Shown piece after piece: positions 51,801 through 64,000 of a stretch of 64,000 bases of DNA. Where the stretch lies: assembly GCA_943704415.1 (NCBI GenBank), contig CALSCO010000122.1, forward strand, positions 1 to 64,000, given 5' to 3'. The DNA comes from Parvularia atlantis (Eukaryota). The notes under the pieces are model-generated. The model saw nothing but the letters and a program-made list of their open reading frames with translations, searched no databases and had not been told where the DNA came from. Both the position numbers and the translations under genes were made by a program. Each line of letters begins with the position of its first letter. Positions within the stretch are counted from its first letter, which is position 1.

Positions 51801-54800
51801 GCCGAGGTGTGCAAGCGCGCACGATCGCGTACGACCCGCGGTCCCAGTTGGCCGTGCCAACGACGTACTGGATGTGCTGGAACGCGACGCGGCTGAGCGT
51901 TCGCGGGTCGAGGCGCGGCAGGTGCGTCTCAAAGATGTGGCTCAGCAGGTTCGCTATCTGCGGCGACCGTCAGGCACCGGCCTCGACGCAGGCCCGATCA
52001 GGCGCGCGCACCCTTGCCGTCAGCGGCTCGCCCTGGAACCACAGCAGGGCGCGGTCCACCTCGGCAGGCAGCAGCGCGTCGGTCACAAGCAGGCGCCAGA
52101 GCGTGTCGATCTGTGTGCGCACGGGTGCTCAGCCGCTGAGCCAGCACGCACACGCGCGCGTTCCGTGCCTGCGCCAGGCTGAAGAGGCCGTCGCGCGTGT
52201 AGCTCACGAGCGTGCTCATCGCGTCCAGCCGCTGGCCGATCGTGTCCAGGTACGGCAGGCGGCCGGCGACGACAGCGTGTGCGATGTCGTGCGTGGGCGC
52301 GGCTGCGTCACACGCGCGTGTGTTAGCACGCACAACGGCGACCAACTGGCACAGACGCACCGCTCGTCAAAGCCCGTGCGAGTTGCTTGAAGTGGCCAAA
52401 GTCGTCCACGATCAGCTGCGGCAGCTGGTACTCTTCGCACAACATGTGCACAATCTGGAGGCGCACCGGCGACCGCACGTCAGCAAATAATCGTGCGGTG
52501 CATGCGCCGGCGCCACGCACATCCTCCTCCGTGTTGTCCGGCAAGGGGCGTGCGACGCGGCCGCGGTCGCGGTACGTGCCGCCGTTGGACAGACCCTCTG
52601 TGGCGCGCGGCGCGGGGATGAGCGCGTTGCGGCGCTCGGCTTGGCACGTACGGATCGTTTTGGGCAACAGGGCCAGCGCGGCCGTCGCGCTGTGGTGCGT
52701 CCGCAGCGCGTCGATGATGCGCTGCATGAAGACCGAGCTGCGCACGGGCCTGCTCAGCGAACCAGACACGGCCGCGCGTGCTCGCCGGCGCACCGCTGAT
52801 CCTGGATCGGCGTCCAGGCCAGGAAGTTGGCCAGCTGGGTCTGCGCCGCAATGGCGACGTCGCGCGATGCCCCGCTGTCGTCCTGCGCGATGCGCCACAG
52901 CAGCTCGGGCCCTTGTAGCCTGCGTGCGGTACACCGGGGTCAGGCCAGCGCGTGTGGCAGTGTAGAGCAGGCGCGCACGGCTCGGCCGTGTCCGTCCGCT
53001 GCGTGGACGCGTCGGGCAGCTCGTTGTCGGCCGTCTCGATGCCAGCGTACGTCTTCTGCACGCACCCGCTGTCAGCGCGATACGCACTGCGTTTGGTCTG
53101 CGCAGCCCGCACCAGCGCAAGCGCGTTGCACAGACGCCCGGCGAGCACGACCGTCTGCAGGTCCAGCTGGGTCGGCGGCAGGGCCGATAGGCCGGCGTAG
53201 AGCGCCTGAATGCACGGCAGCGGCATCTCGCGCACCGTCTCGGCCAAAAGCGTGAGCACGCCGTGCACGAGCGAGCGGTGGTAGGTGCCCTTTGTCATGA
53301 GCGCGGACGCGGTTGGGCCACGCACGCGACCAACAGCGCGCGCACGGCGCACCACGCAGATTTGCCACATCAAGTCGACCTGACGCACAGCGAGCATGCG
53401 CTCGTGCGACAGGAAGCGGATGATCTCGTGCGAGCGGCGGGCGACCTCGAGGTGAATGTTGGGGCCGAAGATGTACTCGAGGACCTCGTTCTCGCAGATC
53501 CAGCGCGCGAGCTCGCTGCGAGTCGCGCCCGTGTCAGCACACGCTCACGCCGCGGCGCACATGGATGCGCGTGCCTTGCATCTATTGTCACCCTGTCGAC
53601 GTCCATGTCGGTCGCGTTGTCCTCCATGTCGCCGCGGATCACGACGCTATCCCGGTCGATGACCGACTTGATGAAGTCCTGCACGCGGCGCATGGGCGGC
53701 GCAAGCTGGCACGCGCGCGCGCACCTTGATGTCGGACAGGCCTGCGAGGCGCTTCTCCAGCGAGCTCGACCGCAGGAAGCGCGCGGCGTTGCGCAGGGCC
53801 ACCAGGTCGAGCGAGAAGCTCGGCACGGGCAGGCTGCAGCGCCTCATCAGGCAGGGCACACAGCGCGTGCACAGACGACGCACGTGAACTCGCGCGCAAT
53901 GTCGTACGCCAGGCTCATGACCGCCGTCAGATCCTTGCGGTTGAGGCTCTTCATGTCGTCGTCGCTCAGGTTGGCGCAGAACGCCGCCACGGCCTGCGTT
54001 GTCTGGTCCGCGTGCAACGCAGCGCGCCGCTCGGATAGGACTGCCACCATCTGCGCCGCGCGCCACGTTGAGCTTACGCGGCGGCCGCATCGCCGCGAGA
54101 ACGCCGTGCCTTGGACGCGATGTCGAGCAGCAGGCGCACGTGCTTGATCTCCGCCAGCGTCGCCTGCTTGACGCGCTCGGCAATGGCCTTGAGGCCGTGC
54201 TGCGAGTCAAAGTGCACGGCGTGGTCCGGCATAGTGCCAAAGCGCTTCTGCTCCCGCGCGCGTTGGTGAGCGGCATCCGCAGCCGCCTGGGGCGCCACGC
54301 ACCGGGACCTCGCCCGCGGCTGCGAGCTGCTCCGCGTTCTTGTAGAGCGGCTGGTTGGCGTGCGAAAACATGCGCGCGACGGCCTCAAACAGGAACGGCA
54401 CGGGCGGGGCGACCGCAACGAGCTGCGCCGCGAGCACGAGGACGTTGCGCAGGAACGCGGTCGCGGCCTCGAGCGCCTTGGCGTCGAGCAGGTCGCTGCC
54501 GCGCCGCCGCGGCCGCGTCAGCGTCCGCACGGCAGGCGTCGTCGCTCGCGCACAGGCACCTGCGCTGCAGCAGGATCGCGACGGCGTCGCCGATCAGCTC
54601 AAGCACCCGGGGCCGCTGGCACAGTGCGTCGAACGACTCGCCGACGAGCGCGCTCACGCCGCCCTCGATCTTCTTGAGCGCCTCGGCCGGGTCATCGTCT
54701 GCGTGGGGGGGCGCGGGCCGTGAGCGCGTCGCCGTGTCGCGCGCTCTTCTTGCCACGCCGCACCGCAGCGGATGCTGTCGAGCAGCGCCTCGCGTCGCGC

Positions 54801-54833
54801 CTCCAGGCCGGTCGCGTCCACGTCCATGGCCAT
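41678..54833 (-). CDS. USP34: Very large ubiquitin-specific protease, USP34-like (USP9X/24/34 family); 5' end uncertain and may extend to about 55150
   Basis: [90 protein letters not shown]; last exon has polyQ and stop TAG at 41680-41678. Confidence 0.85.
41732..41815 (-). repeat. Pure (CAG)28 on the coding strand of the USP34 last exon
   Basis: 84 nt of uninterrupted CTG on the plus strand. Confidence 0.95.
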
Positions 54834-55148
54834 CGACGCGCTGCGGGCGTCGAGGGGGCCCTGCGCGCCGTGTGCGCCATCAGCCGCGCGCGCGCCCGCC
54901 CGCCCGTCGCGCGTCGCTCGACGTGTGCCGCCGCGGTGCGTGACACGGCCGAAAGCGGCGATGCGCGTCGCGAGCGCGTCCAGCGCGTCACGTGTGCCCC
55001 ACAAGCCCTCCACCAACCCGCCGCCACCACGCGCTCTCACGACACAAGTGGCACAGAGCGACGGACAGAGCGCGCGGCGAGCACGGCCGCGAGCGCCGGC
55101 AGCGCCGCGAACATCGCCTCGATTTTCGACGGTGACGTCGCTGCGGCC

Positions 55149-57930
55149 ATGATGTCTGCGAAGGCTTCCGCGCGCGCCGCGCACGCCGCGTCGCCGTCCG
55201 CGCCACCAGCCGCCAGCCGCGCGGACGACGGCGTCGTGGCCGTGCTGCAGCGCTTCCTGGCCACACCCACGGGGCAGGTTTGTGGCGCGGTGGCGCGCGG
55301 CGCGGGTGCTGAGCCGTGCGCGCAAGATGAGCGCCGCCGCCGTCGTGGTTGTGACGGCGCTGGCCGTCGGGTATGCCGTCTACGCGAGCTCGTCGCGCGG
55401 CGGCAGCGGCGCGGGTGCCGGCGCGGCCGGCAAGGTCGCCGGCGACAAGAAGACGGCGAAGAAGGGCGTGAAGAAGACCGCGACGGGCGACGCGCAGGCC
55501 AAGGTCCGTGCGAATGGCTGACGTTCGCGGGCGCAGGGCGCTGACCGCCGACCGCGGGCGCACGCAGCCGCGCACCGCGTCCGACGTGGAGGGCAAGTCG
55601 ACGTCGGCGGCAACGGCGGGCGCCAAGGACGAGGACTCGCCCTCGAAGCCGGTGGAGAGCATGACGATGGAGGTGCGGCTCACTCCTCGCCTGCCGTTTG
55701 CGCTCAACCGCGGCGACATCGGCGGCGGCAGGAGCGCTCCAAGGCGGCCGAGCAGGCCAAGACGCGCGGCAACAAGTACTTCCAGGGCCAGCAGTACGAC
55801 AAGGCGCTCGAGCTGTACACCGAGGCGATCGAGCTCGCGCCGCTGGGCGATCGCAACCTGTCGGTGTTCTACGCCAACCGCGCGGCGTGCTACTCCAACA
55901 AGGCGTGCCATCACCGTCGCCGGGGCCGCTGCGTGTGTGCGCCTGGTCGCTGACACGCGCACGGCCGCCCGCGCCACAGAACATGCTCAACGAGGCCATC
56001 GCCGACTGCACGAAGGGTGCGCAGATGATCGGCGCTCGCCGGTGCCCCACTGACGCAGGTCGTCGCATGTCGCGCAGCGCTCACGTACGACAGCAAGTAC
56101 ATCAAGGCGCTGTACCGGCGCGCGACGACGTACGAGGCGCAGAACGAGCTGCAGAAGGCGCTCGTGGGTGCGCTCTCGCCGTCGTGCCTGTAGCGCCCCC
56201 AGGCTCACGCGACGCCAGACCTCATGACTGTGTGCCTGCTCGAGGACTTCCAAAACCAGAAGGTGACGGGCGACTCGGATCGCGTGCTGCGCAAGATCGG
56301 CCAGGTGGAGGCCGCCGAGCGCATGAAGGTAACACGGCGCGGCGCGTGCGATCGGTCGTGGTCATCTGACGCCGGTGTTTGCCGGCGCGTGCCATGCAGA
56401 AGCGCAAGTCGAAGCTGCCCTCGTACTACTTTGTGACGGCGTACATTGACAGCTTTGGCAAGAAGGGTGCGCGGCGAGCGCAGGACTTGCCGACGCTCAC
56501 CTTGCCCGGCCGGTCAGACCAGCTGCTGAAGGCCGACGTGACCGACGAGACGCGCGACGGCGACCTGGCGTTCGAGGCCGCGCTCGAGCTGATCAAGCAG
56601 GAGAAGTACGACGAGGCGCTGGTCGGGATCGAGCACGCCATCGCCAACAAGACGGTGAACATGGCGCGGGTACGGTCTCGCGGTCGCTCGTCGTGTGACC
56701 GGCAGGGCGCTCACGCCGTGGCGTGCCGCGCAGGCCCTGAACTGGAGGGGGACGTTCCTGTACCTCAAGGGCGACCTGGACGAGGCGCTGTCGGACTTTA
56801 ACGCATCGCTCACGATCGGTGCGCTGCGGAGCGCTGCAGCGGGCGACGGCTCACACGCGAGTGTGCGCGACGCAGCGCCCGACAGCATCAACTCGCTCAT
56901 CAAGCGCGGCTCGATCCTCGTCGAGAAGTCGGAGCTGGCGGGGGCGCTTGAAAACTTCAAGGACGCCGAGCGGCTTGAGCCCGAGAGCGCCGACGTGTAC
57001 TACCACCGCGGCCAGGTGCGCTGTTTTGGCGCGCTTGGGCCTGCACGGCACGCTGACACCCCCCGCGGCCAGGTGCACTTCCTCACGGGCAACCTCGAGG
57101 GCGCCGTGGCCGACTACGAGCGCGCGATCCAGCTGGACGACACGATCGCGTTTGGTGCGCGCGTCCCGGCGTCGGTGCGTGCGCACTCACGCCCGAAGCA
57201 GCGCACATCCAGCTGGCCGTGGCCAAGTACCGCATGGGCGGCGTGTCGGAGGCGATGGTTCGTTGCCTGGCGCGCTCGCGGTACACGCGGGTGGCTGATC
57301 GCTGCGGCCGCAGGACATCTTCGCCAAGGCCGAGCGAAAGTTCCCGCAGTCACACGACGTCGTCAACTACTTTGGCGAGATCCTGCTCGACCAGAGCAAG
57401 TTTGACGAGGCGCTGCAGAAGTTTGAGCGGGGTGCGGCGAGGCGCTCGTGCGCGCCTGCGTGTCGGCTGACCGCGCGGCATCGCCAGCGCTCGCACTCGC
57501 GCCCAACCACCCGCTCACGTACATCAACAAGGGCCTGCTGCTGTTCCAGTACAACAAGGACCTGCAGTCAGCGATGGAGCTGGTGCGGCGCCCTGCCACA
57601 TGCGCGGCGGACGGCGGTGGCTGACACAGGGGCGCCCGGCGACAGCTCCAGAAGGCCGTCAAGGTCGACGACCGCTGCGACATTGCGTACGCGCACATGG
57701 CGCAGCTCCTGCTCACGCAGAAGAAGGTCAAGGCCGCGATCGAGTGCTACGACAAGGGTGCGGCATATGCGCGCGTGCATGCGCTAGGCGGTCGCTTAAT
57801 GCCCGCGCACGCAGCCATCGACCTGGCGCGCACCGAGGTCGAGATGTCGAACGTGATCTCGATGCGCGAGGCGGCCGCGGCCAACCTCGCCGCGGCCAAG
57901 TACCTCGGCTTCGCGGCCGAGGCAGACTAG
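55149..57930 (+). CDS. TOM70: Mitochondrial import receptor Tom70 (TPR protein)
   Basis: N-terminal anchor AVVVVTALAVGYAVYA, KTRGNKYF, FYANRAACY, KLPSYYFVTAYIDSF, ALNWRGTFLYLKGD, DVYYHRGQ, AIDLARTEVEM. Confidence 0.93.
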
Positions 57931-58054
57931 AGGGGCGGCGGCGGCGAAGCGCTGTTCTGTCTCTCGACGGCCAAGTCCGTACGGCGGCGGTAGTGGTCGG
58001 GCACATGGATACAGGACAACGTGATGCTCACTTTTGCGCCACGGCATTCCCGAC

Positions 58055-59032
58055 ATGGTGCGTGCAGCCACCACCCACCGCCCGCCCCGCGCGCCATCCG
58101 CACGCGCCGTCCGGCTGCACATACGCCGCCCGCCCGCACACCGCTGCGGATGGCGCGGATGGATGGGTCTCGAGGATCGATACCTCAGGAAAAACAATCG
58201 CTGGTTCTGCTTCTGAGCGCGAGCCGTGAAGCCGAATTTCCTCGCCCGCAGGGGCCTTGTCTGAGAGACCGTCTGGTGCCGCGCGCGCGTGCGCGTCTGT
58301 GTGCGCTGGCGCCCGTGCTGCTGTGCCCTGTCTGCTGGTTTCCGCGCGCCCCGCACGAGAGCGCTCACCTGGCCCGCTCGCCGTTGCCGCAGTCGGCGCC
58401 GGTCAACCCCAAGCCGTTCCTGAACGAGTCGATCGGCAAGGCCGTCGTCGTGCGGCTCAAGTGGGGCATGGAGTACCGCGGCGTGCTGCAGTCGGCCGAC
58501 TCGTACATGAACCTGCAGGTGCGTGTGCCGCCGCCGCGCGCGCGGGTGGCTAGCTCTGCGGGAGCGGACGGGGGCGCTGTGCGAGACGGGGCGCGTGCGC
58601 TCTGGCTGCGGACGGCGTCACGGCGGACGACGGCGCGGGACGGATGAACTAGGCTTCAACTTTTATCTGACACCTCTTGTTTGAGTGCTCTCCTCCCTCG
58701 TCCGTGCCTCGTGCGCGGGCGAGCCTGGGGATGTCACGGTGCACGGAAACGGTCTTTCTGACCCGCACTGCTCCTGCCGCCCGCGCTGCCCGCGCTCTGC
58801 TGATCTAGCGCCCTGCGCACGGATGCGCTGATGCCGCCGCCGCACAGCTCACGCAGGCCGAGGAGTTCATCGACGGCGTGTCGCAGGGCATGCTCGGCGA
58901 GATCCTTATCCGGTGCGTGCCTCGCTCTTGCGCGCCATCGTTGATCTCACGCGCGGCGGCTGCCTGCGCAGATGCAACAACGTGCTGTACATCCGCAACG
59001 CGCCGGGCGCAGGGGGCGACGACATGGAATGA
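58055..59032 (+). CDS. SNRPF: Small nuclear ribonucleoprotein SmF; introns 58058-58392 and 58519-58847 (both long) plus a short third intron
   Basis: [65 protein letters not shown]. Confidence 0.95.
58166..58270 (+). ncRNA. Intronic box C/D snoRNA, U38/snR61-like guide for large-subunit rRNA 2'-O-methylation
   Basis: Terminal stem GGTCTC/GAGACC, degenerate C box (GGATCGA), D' CTGA 58213-58216, D CTGA 58261-58264. Guide ATCGCTGGTTCTGCTT pairs (2 G-U) with the conserved LSU rRNA segment AAGCAGAACUGGCGAU, recalled from memory. Confidence 0.8.
58635..58766 (+). ncRNA. Intronic box C/D snoRNA candidate, target unassigned
   Basis: Terminal stem GCGGG/CCCGC, C-like box GGATGA 58642-58647, D' CTGA 58667-58670, D CTGA 58758-58761; AT-richer island inside a 329-nt intron. 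Confidence 0.65.
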
Positions 59033-59069
59033 GCGTCGTGTGCTTCGGCTGCCCCGCTGTATGATACTA

Positions 59070-60026
59070 CTACACGCCGTCGATACCATGCAGCCTGGCC
59101 GCACGCAGCTCGAGCAGAAAGAGCGAGTCGAGCGTGGCAGGCGGCAGCTTTGCCCAAAGCGCGCCGCGTGCGCGGCCGTCGTCGTCGCCGTCGCCGCTGC
59201 CGCGCCACTCGACGAAGCGCGCCGTGAGCCCGTGCACGTCTAGGTGGTGCTGGACCGTGCGGCGGGCGCTGCGCGCAAGTGCAGGCGATGAGCGGGCGAG
59301 CGTGCTAGCAGCGGCGACAAGCCACCTGCGCTCGTGGTAGACCATCCAGCACTCGGCCGCCGCGTTGGGCGCCAGCAGCGCAGCAAGCGTCACGACCACG
59401 TCCTCAAAGTCTGTGCGGTGCCTCAGCGCGGTCGGCCCAGCGTGCAGCAGCCAGCCGCACCGCTGACATCGTAGAGGCAGTCGGCCGCGAGCACGACGTC
59501 GGGCTGCTCGCCCGCGCGATGCAGCTCGGCGATGGGCGCGAGCGCGGCCTCGCCCCAGGTCAGCGGCAGGATGTGCACGCGCCCGCCGGCCGTGTCAAGG
59601 CCGTTGCGCGCGCAGGCGGCGAGGGCGCGCTCGAGCACGTGCGGCTTGCGCGCATCGTCGGTGAACGTGACGCGTCGCGCAGACGTCGCGACAGCGGCCA
59701 CGAGGCCGGGCAGGCCCGTGCCGCAGCCAATCTGCGCCGGCCGCTCAGCGATCCGCCGCCGTCTCTCTCGGCTCGGTCTCTCGCGCGTGAGCGCACCTCG
59801 AGCACGTGCCGCCCGGCCAGCCGCGCGCGCCGCCGCCAGACGGTCTCGGCGAGCACGAGCGCCGCGGGCCAGACAAACTCGGCGTAGTCGGGCTGCAAGT
59901 CCTGCCGATGCGCCGTCGTGAGATTGGGACGGGGTCGGGTCCGCGCTCGGGGCGCACCTGATCGAGACAGATCGATCGCGAGCCGTCCTTGTCACACAGC
60001 TCGAGCGTCAACACTGGACGAGACAT
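59070..60026 (-). CDS. METTL23: Methyltransferase family 16 (METTL23-like) protein methyltransferase
   Basis: DYAEFVWPAALVLA, HVLE|IGCGTGLPGL, VTFTD, LTWG, VVLAADCLYD, YHER. Confidence 0.8.
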
Positions 60027-60115
60027 CCGTACTGCAAGTGGACGCGACGTGGTCGGGCAAGCGCCCCCGGCGCAGCAACAGCACCGGCGGCACCCCGCCG
60101 ACGCTCGATCGCTGG

Positions 60116-60718
60116 ATGGAGCGGCGCCAGCGGCCGCAGCGGCCGATCGTGGCCCCGGCGCCGCCCAAGCCACTGCTGGTGCAGACGCTGCTGAGCGTGC
60201 CGAAGCGGTTCCTGAAGCGGCGCGCGGACGCCGATCCGGGGCGGGCCGAGGCCGGGCGGGCGGACACGGCTGCGGCGGGCCGTGCGGACGAGGACGCGCT
60301 GGACGGGCCGCTGTGGTCTGCGTCGGTGATCGAGGCCGACGAGCACGTGGTGATGCACGCGGCCGGCTCGCAGGAGCGGCTGGACGACGGGCGGGCGGAC
60401 GGCGTGCTGCGGGCTGAGCGCGTGCGTGCACGTGGGCGTGACGTCGGCCACGACGTGCACGATGAACGCGAACGGCACAAGCGTGATGCGCACGATCGCG
60501 ACCCGCACGAGCGCGACCCGCACGAGCGCGACCCGCACGAGCGCGAGCGCGACCCGCACGAGCGCGTACAGCACAAACACGAGCCGGACGAGCCGCACGA
60601 GCACCAACTACACGAGCGTGAGCCATCTTTCGGCCTCGGCAACCTCTCGCCACGGCTCGTCGTGCAGCGGCTGTTCCTGGCCGAGAGCAGCAGCGAGAAC
60701 GAAGACAACGCGACATGA
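60116..60718 (+). CDS. Intronless hypothetical protein with His/Glu/Arg/Asp-rich (HERDP)n repeats
   Basis: Open frame fills the gap between METTL23 and Sat, with coding-like codons and 15-nt repeats at 60497-60562. No recognised domain; start uncertain. Confidence 0.55.
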   Translation: MERRQRPQRPIVAPAPPKPLLVQTLLSVPKRFLKRRADADPGRAEAGRADTAAAGRADEDALDGPLWSASVIEADEHVVMHAAGSQERLDDGRADGVLRAERVRARGRDVGHDVHDERERHKRDAHDRDPHERDPHERDPHERERDPHERVQHKHEPDEPHEHQLHEREPSFGLGNLSPRLVVQRLFLAESSSENEDNAT

Positions 60719-60770
60719 TCATTCAAGTTGTGCGCAGGGCCAGACATGCACACAGACACGCTCGCATGCT

Positions 60771-63091
<2,321 letters not shown>

Positions 63092-63259
63092 TCAGCGCAC
63101 ACAGGCACGCGCGCGCGCGCGCGAGAAACGCGAAAGGGGCAGACACGCCGGCCCGGCTGACGACAAAACGTGAGCCTGAGCGTGACGCGACCACGTGAGC
63201 ACGCTTCGAGAAGCGTCCAGACGCGTCGCGATCACCGGCTCAACCTCTCTCCGCCGACC

Positions 63260-64000
63260 ATGCGCGCCGCGTTCGCGTTCGCCCTCGCCCTCGCCTGCGC
63301 GCTCGCGCTCGCCGTCCCTGCGCAGCGGCTTCGCGCGGGCCCCGTCGTGCTCTGGTCGAACACGGACAGGTGCGACGAGCAGCGAGTGGCGCGCGCGCGC
63401 GCTGGCAGAGACCGAGCTGATGCGCCGCGGGCTCGCAGCCTCGCCGACGTCAACGGGCAGGCCGCGGCAGTCACGGCGCGCCAGCTGCGCGACGTGGTCG
63501 AGCTCGCGGTGCGGCGCCACAACGGTGGCGACGTCGTCGTGCTCGCGGACCAGTCGGTGCGCGCCCGCCCGCCCGCACGCGCTTTTGCGCCGCGCCACGC
63601 CGTTCACACGGGCCGCAGAGCGTCGCGCCGCAGATGGCCCGCCTGCTGCAGACGGACAACGCGGCCGCCGTCGCGCTCAAGGCACGTGACGGCACTCTGC
63701 AGGACGGCCCTGCTGACACGCGCGCGCCCGGGCGGCACAGAGCGTCGTCAACTCGGCCCGCACGCGCGCCACGCTTGCCAACGTGGACGCGTCGGGCGCG
63801 TCGATCGCTCAGCAGCTGGTGCAGTTCCTCGCTGCCGCCTCGCCCGCCAGCGAGGTCGTGCGCATCGACGCGGCCGGTGCGCGGCCGAGCATCGTGCGAA
63901 AACGCGTCTCACGCGCGCACGTCAGCCGACCTCCAGACGCTCGCGCGCTCGGCCGCGCGCCCGCGCGTCTTTGTCGTCGACGTGCCGGCCGTGGGCGGTC
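63260..64000 (+). CDS. 5' part of a signal-peptide protein, possibly V-ATPase accessory Ac45/ATP6AP1-like; runs off the window
   Basis: MRAAFAFALALACALALAVP signal peptide followed by GPVVLWS; short introns follow. Confidence 0.4.
   Translation, partial: MRAAFAFALALACALALAVPAQRLRAGPVVLWSNTDRCDEQRVARARAGRDRADAPRARSLADVNGQAAAVTARQLRDVVELAVRRHNGGDVVVLADQSVRARPPARAFAPRHAVHTGRRASRRRWPACCRRTTRPPSRSRHVTALCRTALLTRARPGGTERRQLGPHARHACQRGRVGRVDRSAAGAVPRCRLARQRGRAHRRGRCAAEHRAKTRLTRARQPTSRRSRARPRARASLSSTCRPWAV

Noticed and set aside
55148..55151. CATG palindrome as a shared start for USP34 (-) and Tom70 (+)
   Set aside because: The minus-strand frame from 55150 stops after about 37 codons and I could not splice it convincingly to USP34, so the USP34 start remains unresolved.
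58211..58236. GAGC..GTGAAGCCG resembling U3 snoRNA box B
   Set aside because: No U3 5' domain or box A and the element is too short; better explained as D'/C' boxes of a methylation guide.

Overview
Eukaryotic, very GC-rich, extremely compact nuclear DNA with about 28 protein-coding genes. Most are interrupted by many uniform short (about 50-80 nt) spliceosomal introns with donor GTGCG, branch CTGAC/CTCAC, acceptor GCAG and little or no polypyrimidine tract, so most entries in the ORF track are intron read-through or antisense artefacts. Gene content points by inference to a unicellular opisthokont: monofunctional thymidylate synthase, Tom70, fungal-type Sat/Met3, Ted1 and Snt2 alongside animal-like TM2D3, USP1, USP34, BTG/Tob, UBXN4 and WDR77. 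Most notable observations: (1) same-strand genes separated by only 4, 9, 26, 31 and 37 nt, one apparent overlap, and divergent ATGs only 26-61 nt apart, suggesting polycistronic or overlapping transcription; (2) two box C/D snoRNA candidates in the unusually long introns of SmF, one with a U38/snR61-type guide; (3) Sec10 with a ~400-aa NPF/PxxP-rich N-terminal extension; (4) an intron-containing gene resembling an uncharacterised prokaryotic family; (5) a fungal-type ATP sulfurylase whose APS-kinase domain keeps an intact P-loop; (6) a CCT lacking its regulatory tail; (7) recurrent GC-AG introns. All gene models were spliced by eye and family calls come from remembered motifs, not database searches.
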